From an uncultured Lachnospiraceae bacterium (lineage in GTDB: Bacteria > Bacillota > Clostridia > Lachnospirales > Lachnospiraceae): DNA of 64,000 nucleotides. The notes beneath the pieces are model-generated. The model ran no database searches and was not told the origin of the DNA. It saw nothing but the letters and a program-made list of their open reading frames with translations. Below are positions 1 through 8,944 of the stretch, in pieces (position 1 is the first letter of the stretch; each line of letters begins with the position of its first letter). The position numbers and the translations under genes are program-made. Location: positions 17,214-81,213 of the forward strand of contig CAKRNX010000001.1 of NCBI GenBank assembly GCA_934371475.1, in the 5' to 3' direction.

Positions 1-114
1 CTGACTTGTCAGCGGCCACATGAGACTCCCATTTTTATTTATCTTATTTTCCGAAATTTTCCATCATTCCTGCCGCAAGGCGCGTGTCAGGCCGACACAT
101 GAAAGCATTGCATT

Positions 115-1356
115 CTACATCAGTGGGCTAAATGAATCTACCAGTGCATCTGATGCGGATACTCCGTCATCTCCCCACCAGTATTCGCCTTTCAGTCCGG
201 CATACCAGATCGCATCCGGATCTTTGACCATACCGTCCGCATCACTGTAAAGGTAAGCTGCCGTATTGTCTGCACTGACAATCAGAACCTCTGTGATGAT
301 CTGCTTTTTGCTGTTCAGTGCATCCTCTACTCTTGTCTTGATCTCTTTCGCCACACCTTCCCAGTAATCCGGATCTTCCTGCAGTCTCTCCGTGTACAGC
401 GGGAAACGAACCATCTCGTAGTTGATGCCTTTTTCTCTGTCATAGTAACACGTCCAGTTGATATCCATCTGCTGATCCTGACTGTAGCCTTCCGGGACAA
501 AACTGTCCAGATAATCATGAAGGCTGTTGTTTGCTTCGTCAAATACCGCATCCAGTGCAGTCGGAGTCAGATGAAGATAAACTGTATTTTCCGTAAACGT
601 AAACTGATCGCTTTCCAGTCTCTCGCTCTGCGGCACAAGCTCCAGATTTCCATCCTTCAGCGTTATATTTTCCCACTTATCATCGTAGGAAAACTCAAGA
701 GAATACCCATCCAGTTCACTTCTGTAACGTTCGTCCTCATTCCGCGCATTACTCAGCTGAACGCTCACCTGACTGTGATCCCTTCCATCCTCTTCCAGTG
801 TGACATTTGCCAGATCAAAATCGTAGAACCAGGAAACCGGGCTGCCGTTCTCATCATACGTGTAGCAGCGTGCCTCACACGTCAGTCCGTCTTTCCCCTG
901 TCCAAATACATACTGTACCTGATAGCTCGTTCCATTGGAAATACTTGCGAGTTCGTTGTTCTCATCCATCCCCATATGGCGCGCCTCTTCCTTCTCCGGG
1001 CTGCCCCAGTATTTTGTTTCTTCCAGTATATTTTTTACTTTTTCCAGACGTTTCGACTCTGACGGAGCTACTGCGCGATAAACCAGCACACCTGCAACGA
1101 CGATCACTGCGGCAGCCACAATCATACGTCCCATGCCGCCTTTTTTCTTCTGACCGCCTGCCGCCGGTCTTTCTTCCGCTGTTCCGTTCCCAGCTGACTG
1201 ATACGCCGGCTCCGTCTGTCTGGCTGCCATCGTACTCACGGCCTGCTCTGACTGCGGCACACTTGTCTGCTCCGCTTCATGCTCTACTTTTGCGCCGCAG
1301 CCGCTGCAGAAAAGTGCATCGTCCGGGATCTGTTTTCCACACTTCATACAAAACAT
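115..1356 (-). CDS. Zinc-ribbon domain membrane-anchored protein, function unknown
   Basis: ORF 115..1443 trimmed to the ATG at 1356, preceded by AAGGAGAGAA. N-terminus MFCMKCGKQIPDDALFCSGCGAKV is a CxxC..CxxC zinc ribbon. One hydrophobic helix (MIVAAAVIVVAGVLVY), then a ~300-aa extracytoplasmic domain. Confidence 0.75.
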   Translation of the reverse strand: MFCMKCGKQIPDDALFCSGCGAKVEHEAEQTSVPQSEQAVSTMAARQTEPAYQSAGNGTAEERPAAGGQKKKGGMGRMIVAAAVIVVAGVLVYRAVAPSESKRLEKVKNILEETKYWGSPEKEEARHMGMDENNELASISNGTSYQVQYVFGQGKDGLTCEARCYTYDENGSPVSWFYDFDLANVTLEEDGRDHSQVSVQLSNARNEDERYRSELDGYSLEFSYDDKWENITLKDGNLELVPQSERLESDQFTFTENTVYLHLTPTALDAVFDEANNSLHDYLDSFVPEGYSQDQQMDINWTCYYDREKGINYEMVRFPLYTERLQEDPDYWEGVAKEIKTRVEDALNSKKQIITEVLIVSADNTAAYLYSDADGMVKDPDAIWYAGLKGEYWWGDDGVSASDALVDSFSPLM

Positions 1357-1395
1357 TTTCTTCTCTCCTTCATCATTTTCCTTTGTAAATCCTGA

Positions 1396-1463
1396 AGCAT
1401 ATTTGAAAAGACTTTTCGTGAACTGCCGGTTCCCGTTTACCAAAACGCCTTTTCAAATATGCT
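1396..1463. repeat. Family-1 MITE-like repeat, short form
   Basis: Terminal inverted repeats AGCATATTTGAAAAG / CTTTTCAAATATGCT flank a CTTTTCGTGAACTGCC core shared with copies at 51734, 61880, 29851 and 63440. Confidence 0.7.
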
Positions 1464-1476
1464 CTGTGGTCTTTTT

Positions 1477-1573
1477 CACTTCATTTCGGTCGGCGCAAAT
1501 CCATTGTCCACTGGACAATGTGCGCCCTGCCGGAGGCTTATCAGACGGGGGATTGACTCCCACCACTGATACT
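1477..1573. repeat. Family-3 palindromic module plus ATCAGA hairpin
   Basis: TTCGGTCGGCGCAAATCCATTGTCCACTGGACAATGTGCGCCCTGCCGGAGGCTTATCAGACGGGG. Near-identical modules at 8848-8944 and 45957-46020; fragments at 30437-30500, 60424-60461 and 25861-25882. Confidence 0.75.
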
Positions 1574-1934
1574 GATTTGTTTCTCGTCACCTGCAGAGGT
1601 AGGAGCCATCTCACACTTCTTTCCTGTTTGCCCGCAACAATATTTATAAGTTTATAACAAAAAAATGCGACTGTCACCCTATCCACTTTAATTTTAAGCA
1701 ACCTTTAAGAAAAACCACCCCTACTTTTAATGTGACATGCTCCCACTACTTAATATCAAAAAAGATACCGCATGAAAACACAGCCGTTCTCACACAGTAC
1801 CTTTTCTGATTTACTGTCTCATTTTTATTCCCGCAGGCAACGAGCCAAGCAGCTATGTCTGCATGGATACCCGGCGACTGCCGCAAGAGGCAACACGCTT
1901 CCCGAAATGGAACATTGGATCCTGTCGTTTCATT

Positions 1935-4904
1935 CTACTGCTCTGTATATGCCTCAAAAGACTGGCCGAACTGGGCGCTTCTCTCATTGAGTTTTTCCAT
2001 GATGCGATCTGCCTCTGATCCTTCCGCCGGTGTGGGCTGGTAATTATTCCAGCCATCTGCTGAAGAGATGGAGCAGGGAATGATACGTACCTCACTGCTG
2101 ACTGTTCCGTCCTTCGCCACGTAAAATACTGTCTGGAAAATCATCGTATCCAGATCGCTCGGCGTGCTGTTGCCGCCAAAGCAGAAATTTCCGAGGCTGT
2201 ACGCGATATATTTGCCCTGGTACAGCTCGATGCCCTGCAGCACATGGGGATGATGACCGACTACCAGATCCGCCCCATTATCGATGGCCGTGTGCGCCAG
2301 GGAAACCTGCGTCTCATCCGGCGTATCGCTCTTCTCTGTTCCCCAGTGGAACGCGACCACTACGATCTGAGCCCCCTGGCTCTTTGCCGCCGCAATCGTC
2401 TGCTGCACCTGCTCTGCTTTCTGAATGCCCTCGTCCAGCACATAAATACCGATCAGACCCACTTTCACGCCATTTACTTCCTTGACGATAATCTTGTCAC
2501 CGATACAGTAATCCACACCGGCCGCCGTCAGATTTTCTTCCGTATCGGTCAGGCTCTGCGCGCCGTAATCACTGCTGTGGTTATTCGCCAGCGTCACTGA
2601 GTCGATCGAAGCATTTTTCACAATCTGTGCATAGGACGAGTCTCCTTTAAATGCATATTCTTTGTTCTCCCTGCTGTCTGATGTGGTCAGTGTTCCCTCG
2701 AAATTGGCAAATGTAATGTCATCTTCTGAGAGAATATCTTTCACATTCTGAAAGAAATAGTCTCCGCCGTATATCTGATAGAATGCATCAAAGTTTGTGT
2801 CGGTATTAAAATACGCATCTGTCCCCAGCGTGCAGTCTCCCAGCGCGGTCAGCGTCACCTCTGTATCTGTGCGCACTCTTACTGTACAGCTGACCGGAGC
2901 CATCCCGTCTGCGCTGACAGTCACAGCAGCGTCTCCTTCTTTCAGTGCCGTAATCTGCCCCTTCTCATCCAGGCTGATCACGTCCGTATCCTGCGTTGTC
3001 ATCTGCACATGATTCACATAGCTGCCTGCCGGTTCTCCCACCGCTGTCAGCGTAAAGCTGTCTCCGGGGAACAGTGTTATCTTCTCCGCATTCAGTGCCA
3101 GAGTGCCGGCTGGCTCCATCGTGGTCCGCACCGGTACCGTCGTGTTTCCGGCAAGATCCTTCGCATAATAGTAATATATTTTGCCCTGCTGGTAACGGAA
3201 GGGGCCTGTGTATTTCTCATACTGCGGCACATCGTTAAATCCCTCCACCGCGCCGTAATAGATACTCTCCAGACCCGACCGACTGTCCGCCGCGGTCAGC
3301 GTAACCGTACCGCTCTCCTGCTTAACACTGACGCTGGGTGCCTCTGTATCAATCATCGGAACCTCTACACTGGCGGTCAGCATCCTCTCATCCGTCACTA
3401 CCATGACATTCACGGTCTCGCCGGAAACCTCCAGTGTCACTTCCGCCCGGCTTCCGCTCTGCGTCTCGTAAGATTTGCCGTCAACCGTAATAGACTGGAT
3501 CTGACGGTCCGCCCGTATGTTCAGTGTCACACTGCCGCTCGTACACCAGCTCTCGGGTTCCTGCACCACCGTCACGCGCAGACCTTCATCTGCCGTAACA
3601 TTCTCGCTGTCCTCCTGTGGGCTCAGGAACAGATGCATCACCGTAAAAAGAATGATGCACACCAGTGCAATCCCGGTGATAATCATCAGCATCTCTTTGC
3701 CCGCAATGCCTCTGGACTTCAGCTCGCCTCTCCATCCGCCAAATGCCTGTTTCAGGTTCTGCCATACAGTCCTTGAAAGAGCTGCCTCAAGCTCTTCCGG
3801 AGTCAGCGACAGCTGATCTTCACGGAAATCTCCGGCATCTGACTCAAAGTCTTCTTTCATGAAGGATGTCGGCGTGATGCGAACCTTTCTTCTGCTCATT
3901 TTTCCAGAAAATTTGTCTGCCCTGGCGATATCTGCCTCCGTCTTCTCAGTTCCGGTTTTCATTTCGCCTTCTGCTTTCCGGATCTCTTTTTTCTTTGTAT
4001 CTGTTTTTTTATTCGGTTCTTCTCTGTCCGGCCTCTTACGCGCAGGCTTCAACTCCGACGGCTTCTCTTCCTGCAGCGCACCCGGAACCAGCTGCCCTTC
4101 GCCCGGCTTTTTGCGCCAGACCAGACGCCCCTCTCCCGAAGCAGATGTCTTTTTTAAAACAACTTTCTTTTTATCTGAAATTTCTCCATCCGCTGCCGGA
4201 GTTTCAAGGAAAACTTCATCTCCCCCCGAAACATCCACCTTCCTGTTTTCATCTTTCCGGTTTTCATTTTCTGCTGTCAGCGTATTTTTTGCATTTGGGG
4301 AAGCTTCATACCCCAAATCCGTTTCTGTTTCAGGTATTTTCTCATCAGGCAGATGTTCCGGCTGCGGCTGTTCCTCCTCAGTATCCTGTTGCAGCCCGAA
4401 GTTTTCAGCCTTCCTGCGGAAAAACAAATGTTTTTTCCCTTTCCGCGGCTCAGCATCGTTTTCATCTAAAATATCAGCTGCATCTGTGAAATCCGTTTCA
4501 CTGAAAGTTTTTTCAACGGAAGTTTTATCCGAAATTTCTTCAGCGAACTTCTTATCTGAGACTTTTCTGTCTGAATCCACTTCAGGAACTGTCTCATCTG
4601 AAATCATTTTCTCTGAAACTTCTTCTGAAACTTTCCTTCCCGTCTCTTCTTTCTCCGGTTCCCCCTCAGGTATTATCGGCTCCGGAAACTCTTTATTCTC
4701 CCCCGCCGCATGCTTTCGCCCGAACAGCCCTTTTTTCTTTGTCTTATCTTTTGTTTTGTTCTTTCTTTTAGCAGAACCGGAGCTTTTCCGCTCCGGTTCT
4801 TCATCCGCAAAACTGATATGGACCATGGGGCTTTTTACCGATCCGTCCTCATCCGAACGTTCTTTCAGCTCTCTTAGCAGAGCTCTTATCTCATCATTAT
4901 TCAT
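1935..4904 (-). CDS. CapA/PGA_cap-family metallophosphatase-like membrane protein with Big_2-like domain
   Basis: 989-aa ORF. The C-terminal ~300 aa carry CapA motifs (FANFEG, LANNHSSDYG, VVVAFHWGTE, GADLVVGHHPHVLQG, YSLGNFCFGG). Upstream are an Ig-like Big_2 segment, one TM helix and a ~380-aa Lys/Glu/Ser-rich low-complexity N-terminus. The ATG overlaps the purL stop (TAATG). Confidence 0.8.
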   Translation of the reverse strand: MNNDEIRALLRELKERSDEDGSVKSPMVHISFADEEPERKSSGSAKRKNKTKDKTKKKGLFGRKHAAGENKEFPEPIIPEGEPEKEETGRKVSEEVSEKMISDETVPEVDSDRKVSDKKFAEEISDKTSVEKTFSETDFTDAADILDENDAEPRKGKKHLFFRRKAENFGLQQDTEEEQPQPEHLPDEKIPETETDLGYEASPNAKNTLTAENENRKDENRKVDVSGGDEVFLETPAADGEISDKKKVVLKKTSASGEGRLVWRKKPGEGQLVPGALQEEKPSELKPARKRPDREEPNKKTDTKKKEIRKAEGEMKTGTEKTEADIARADKFSGKMSRRKVRITPTSFMKEDFESDAGDFREDQLSLTPEELEAALSRTVWQNLKQAFGGWRGELKSRGIAGKEMLMIITGIALVCIILFTVMHLFLSPQEDSENVTADEGLRVTVVQEPESWCTSGSVTLNIRADRQIQSITVDGKSYETQSGSRAEVTLEVSGETVNVMVVTDERMLTASVEVPMIDTEAPSVSVKQESGTVTLTAADSRSGLESIYYGAVEGFNDVPQYEKYTGPFRYQQGKIYYYYAKDLAGNTTVPVRTTMEPAGTLALNAEKITLFPGDSFTLTAVGEPAGSYVNHVQMTTQDTDVISLDEKGQITALKEGDAAVTVSADGMAPVSCTVRVRTDTEVTLTALGDCTLGTDAYFNTDTNFDAFYQIYGGDYFFQNVKDILSEDDITFANFEGTLTTSDSRENKEYAFKGDSSYAQIVKNASIDSVTLANNHSSDYGAQSLTDTEENLTAAGVDYCIGDKIIVKEVNGVKVGLIGIYVLDEGIQKAEQVQQTIAAAKSQGAQIVVVAFHWGTEKSDTPDETQVSLAHTAIDNGADLVVGHHPHVLQGIELYQGKYIAYSLGNFCFGGNSTPSDLDTMIFQTVFYVAKDGTVSSEVRIIPCSISSADGWNNYQPTPAEGSEADRIMEKLNERSAQFGQSFEAYTEQ

Positions 4905-7900
4905 TATTTAAAATATTCCACTCCGGACTCAAAAATCTTCATGTCCTGTTCTCCGTAGATATTGATGGCCACCGCAGTATCCCGACGCTCAGAGTGCGCC
5001 ATCTTGCCCAGGATACGGCCATCCGGGCTTGTAATTCCTTCAATTCCCAGATAAGAACCGTTCACATTCCACTCCTCGTCCATGCTTCTGTTGCCATCGC
5101 AGTCTGCATACATGGTTGCAATCTGTCCGTTTACAAGCAGTTTTGCCAGCCATTCATCATTGGCCACAAACCGTCCTTCACCGTGGGACGCCGGATTCGC
5201 GTACACGCCGCCAAGCTTCGCCTGACGCAGCCACGGGGATTTGTTTGTCATTACTTTTGTATAAACCATCTTTGAGATATGGCGTCCGATCGTATTGAAG
5301 GTCAGAGTCGGAGAATCTTCTTTCTGTCCAGTGATCTCGCCGCAGGGAACCAGTCCCAGTTTGATCAGCGCCTGGAATCCGTTGCAGATGCCGAGTGCCA
5401 GTCCGTCTCTCTCGTTCAGCAGTTTCATCACGGCCTCTTTCATCTTCTCATTCTGGAATGCTGTCGCAAAGAACTTCGCCGATCCGTCCGGCTCATCTCC
5501 TGCGGAAAATCCGCCGGGGAACATGATAATCTGTGCCTGGCCGATGGATTTCTCGAATACATCTACGGACTCACGGATATCCTCAGCTGTCCGGTTGCGG
5601 AACACTTTTACATCTACCTCGGCTCCGGCCCGCTCAAATGCCTTTGTGCTGTCATATTCACAGTTTGTTCCCGGGAATACCGGAATAAATACTCTGGGAA
5701 CTGCCACTTTATGTCTGCATACGTAAACAGAATCTGCATGGTAGCATCCCTCTTCATCCAGGTACCCTTCTGCTTTATCCGGTTTTCCGGCAAAAAATTT
5801 AGCCTCTGCTCCTTCTTCCTGACCGCTTCCGGTGCGGAACACCTTCTCCAGCGTTCCTTTCCATGCCGCCAGTGCTTCATCCAGCGGAATGGATACGCTG
5901 GAATACTCCAGAGCCGCCCGGTCTGTCACTTCACCGACTACTGTATAAGTAATGGAAAGCTGTCCAACCTTCTCTGCCGGTACTTCAGCCACAATGTCTC
6001 CAAATTCTGCTGCAAACAGATCTTCCGGTGCCACATTGTGCTCCAGCTTCACGCCCAGACCATTTCCAAATGCCATCTTGCTGACAGCGGCCGCCAGGCC
6101 CTTGCCGTCCAGTGCATAGGCAGAAACAATCTTTCCTGCCTTTACATCTTCAAAGAATTTGCCATACTGATCCATCACCTGGCTGTATACCGGCAGATCA
6201 TATTCATCTTTATCGATACGAAGCACAACCAGTTTATTTCCGGCTTTTTTCAGTTCCGGTGAAATAATATTCTGGTATGTATTCACATCTACTGCAAATG
6301 AAACCAGTGTGGGCGGCACATCAATCTCGTTGAATGTACCGGACATGCTGTCTTTTCCTCCGATGGAAGGCAGGCCAAATCCCATCTGTGCCGCATATGC
6401 CCCCAGCAGAGCAGCGAACGGCTGGCTCCAGCGATGGGGATCTTCTGTCATTCTCCGGAAGTATTCCTGGAATGTGAAACGGATCTTGCTGTAATCTCCG
6501 CCGTTTGCCACAATACGCGCTACGGACTCCAGCACAGCATAGACCGCTCCGTGGTACGGGCTCCAGGAAGACAGATACGGATCGAATCCGTAGCTCATCA
6601 TTGTAACAGTATCGGTATGTCCCTTCAGCACAGGAAGCTTGGCTACCATGGCCTGTGTCTCGGTCAGCTGATACTTTCCGCCGTAAGGCATCAGCACAGA
6701 GCCTGCGCCGATGGAGCTGTCGAACATCTCGACCAGTCCCTTCTGGGAACAGCAGTTTAAGTCAGCCAGCGTATCCAGCCATTTTGCACGCACGTCTGAT
6801 ACCTGCTCCTTGACAAAATAGCGGTTCTCCTTTTCCGGAATATCCACTGCCACATCGGTCTCCTGATGTGCGCCGTTCGTATTCAGGAATGCACGGGAAA
6901 TATTGACGATCTCTTTGTCTCTCCAGATCAGCACAAGTCTCGGATCTGCGGTGACAACCGCCACTTCCACAGCTTCCAGATTTTCCTCTCCCGCATATTT
7001 CAGAAATTCTTCCACGTCAGACGGATCTACAACAACCGCCATACGCTCCTGTGACTCTGAGATGGCAATCTCTGTACCGTCCAGACCGGCATATTTTTTC
7101 GGCACCTTGTCCAGATAGATCTGCAGTCCGTCAGCCAGCTCGCCGATTGCCACAGACACACCGCCTGCACCGAAGTCATTACATTTTTTGATCAGGCGGC
7201 TCACTTCCGGGCGACGGAACATTCTCTGGATCTTCCGCTCTGTGGGCGCATTTCCTTTCTGCACTTCAGCACCGCACACTTCGATGGATGCCTCGGTATG
7301 TACCTTGGAAGAACCGGTAGCACCGCCGATGCCGTCACGGCCGGTTCTGCCTCCCAGCAGAATAATGATATCTCCCGGATCTGAGGTCTCACGAATCACA
7401 TCTTTTCTCGGCGCAGCTCCCATCACAGCACCGATCTCCATCCTCTTGGCTACATAATCCGGATGATAAATTTCTTTTACATAACCTGTTGCCAGACCGA
7501 TCTGATTGCCGTAGGAACTGTACCCGTGGGCAGCCTCTCTCACAAGCTTTTTCTGAGGCAGCTTGCCTTTTAATGTATCCTTCACAGACACGGTAGGATC
7601 TGCCGCTCCGGTCACGCGCATTGCCTGATAAACGTAGGTACGGCCTGAGAGCGGATCTCTGATTGCTCCGCCAAGGCAGGTGGCAGCTCCACCGAACGGC
7701 TCAATCTCTGTCGGATGGTTATGCGTTTCATTCTTAAAGTTGACCAGCCATTCTTCTGTCTTTCCGTCGATCTCCACCGGCACAACAATACTGCAGGCAT
7801 TGATCTCATCAGACTCTTCCTGGTCTTCCAGTTTTCCTTCTTTTTTCAGCTTTTTCATTGCCATCAGTGCCAGATCCATCAGGCAGACAAATTTATCCTT

Positions 7901-8704
7901 CCGTCCCTGGTAGACATCCTGGCGGTCTGTCAGATACTGCTGATACGTATCCTCAATAGGCTTTCTGTAATATCCTTCTCCGAACTCCACATGCTTTAAC
8001 TCTGTGGAAAATGTTGTATGACGGCAGTGATCTGACCAGTACGTGTCCAGCACGCGGATCTCCGTCATGGAAGGATCTCTCTTTTCCTCGCCCGCAAAGT
8101 AATGCTGAATATGCTGGAAATCCCGGAACGTCATAGCCAGATTCAGGGAATCGTACAGCTCTTTGAGTTCCTGTTCATCCATGCCGTCAAATCCGTCAAA
8201 AATTTTGACGTCTGCCGGATCCTCAAATTTTGTAACCAGCGTTTCCGGCTTTTCCAGATCGGTCTCGCGGGAATCCACCGGATTAATGCAGTAACTTTTA
8301 ATGGACTGGAACTCTTCGTCACTGATGGCTCCTTCTATGACATAAGTGGTAGCAGAACGAATGATCGGCTCTTCATCTTCTTTCAGGAATTTCACACACT
8401 GTACTGCAGAATCTGCTCTCTGGTCAAACTGTCCCGGAAGGTATTCCACAGAAAAAGTGCGGTCCTGATCGCCCATGGGAAAATTCTCCTGATACAGGAT
8501 ATCTACCGGCGGCTCTGCAAATACAGTTTTACAGGCTGCTGCAAATACCTGGTCTGAAATATGTTCCACATCGTAACGGATCAGGATACGGATTTTCTTT
8601 AACCTCTCCACTCCAAGATAGCTGCGGATTTCATGGGTCAGATCCTTTGCTGCTCCCGCAAATGCCTCCTTTTTCTCCACATACACTCGCCTAACATTAT
8701 TCAT
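4904..8704 (-). CDS. purL: Phosphoribosylformylglycinamidine (FGAM) synthase, single-chain form
   Basis: 1266 aa. Duplicated AIR-synthase-like core, then a C-terminal glutamine amidotransferase (LALGICNGFQAL nucleophile Cys, ASHGEGRF). GAGGAGG RBS upstream of the ATG at 8704. Confidence 0.95.
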   Translation of the reverse strand: MNNVRRVYVEKKEAFAGAAKDLTHEIRSYLGVERLKKIRILIRYDVEHISDQVFAAACKTVFAEPPVDILYQENFPMGDQDRTFSVEYLPGQFDQRADSAVQCVKFLKEDEEPIIRSATTYVIEGAISDEEFQSIKSYCINPVDSRETDLEKPETLVTKFEDPADVKIFDGFDGMDEQELKELYDSLNLAMTFRDFQHIQHYFAGEEKRDPSMTEIRVLDTYWSDHCRHTTFSTELKHVEFGEGYYRKPIEDTYQQYLTDRQDVYQGRKDKFVCLMDLALMAMKKLKKEGKLEDQEESDEINACSIVVPVEIDGKTEEWLVNFKNETHNHPTEIEPFGGAATCLGGAIRDPLSGRTYVYQAMRVTGAADPTVSVKDTLKGKLPQKKLVREAAHGYSSYGNQIGLATGYVKEIYHPDYVAKRMEIGAVMGAAPRKDVIRETSDPGDIIILLGGRTGRDGIGGATGSSKVHTEASIEVCGAEVQKGNAPTERKIQRMFRRPEVSRLIKKCNDFGAGGVSVAIGELADGLQIYLDKVPKKYAGLDGTEIAISESQERMAVVVDPSDVEEFLKYAGEENLEAVEVAVVTADPRLVLIWRDKEIVNISRAFLNTNGAHQETDVAVDIPEKENRYFVKEQVSDVRAKWLDTLADLNCCSQKGLVEMFDSSIGAGSVLMPYGGKYQLTETQAMVAKLPVLKGHTDTVTMMSYGFDPYLSSWSPYHGAVYAVLESVARIVANGGDYSKIRFTFQEYFRRMTEDPHRWSQPFAALLGAYAAQMGFGLPSIGGKDSMSGTFNEIDVPPTLVSFAVDVNTYQNIISPELKKAGNKLVVLRIDKDEYDLPVYSQVMDQYGKFFEDVKAGKIVSAYALDGKGLAAAVSKMAFGNGLGVKLEHNVAPEDLFAAEFGDIVAEVPAEKVGQLSITYTVVGEVTDRAALEYSSVSIPLDEALAAWKGTLEKVFRTGSGQEEGAEAKFFAGKPDKAEGYLDEEGCYHADSVYVCRHKVAVPRVFIPVFPGTNCEYDSTKAFERAGAEVDVKVFRNRTAEDIRESVDVFEKSIGQAQIIMFPGGFSAGDEPDGSAKFFATAFQNEKMKEAVMKLLNERDGLALGICNGFQALIKLGLVPCGEITGQKEDSPTLTFNTIGRHISKMVYTKVMTNKSPWLRQAKLGGVYANPASHGEGRFVANDEWLAKLLVNGQIATMYADCDGNRSMDEEWNVNGSYLGIEGITSPDGRILGKMAHSERRDTAVAINIYGEQDMKIFESGVEYFK

Positions 8705-8847
8705 TCGTTTTTCCTCCTCATTATGTCAGGCGGATTTCCCGCCTGTTGTTTGCTGGTGACACTGCAGATTTGCCGCGGTTCATGCAGATCCGCCTTTCTG
8801 CTTGCTCATAGCCGGGCTGCCTGGTGGCTTATCCGGCCAAACCATGT

Positions 8848-8944
8848 TTCACTCCGTTTCGGTCGGCGCAAATCCATTGTCCCCCGGACAATGTGCGCCT
8901 TGCCGGAGGCTATATCAGATGGGGAGTCACTCCTCCATCTGATA
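8848..8944. repeat. Family-3 palindromic module plus ATCAGATGG hairpin
   Basis: Same module as 1477-1573. The hairpin ATCAGATGGGGAG..CTCCTCCATCTGAT (8914-8943) overlaps the stop codon and last five codons of CDS 8927..10609. Confidence 0.8.

Noticed and set aside
8705-8850. Possible purine, ZTP or other riboswitch in the purL leader.
   Set aside because: On the minus strand there are weak resemblances to ZTP elements (GCCACCAGGCAGC versus ACCACCGGGGAGC; CCGCCTGAC versus CCGCCTGGGC). However, the conserved GACUGGCG segment, the P2 pairing and the pseudoknot partner are not convincingly present. Much of the leader is a family-3 repeat copy. A cmscan against Rfam would settle it; a significant hit to RF01750 or RF00167 would overturn this rejection.
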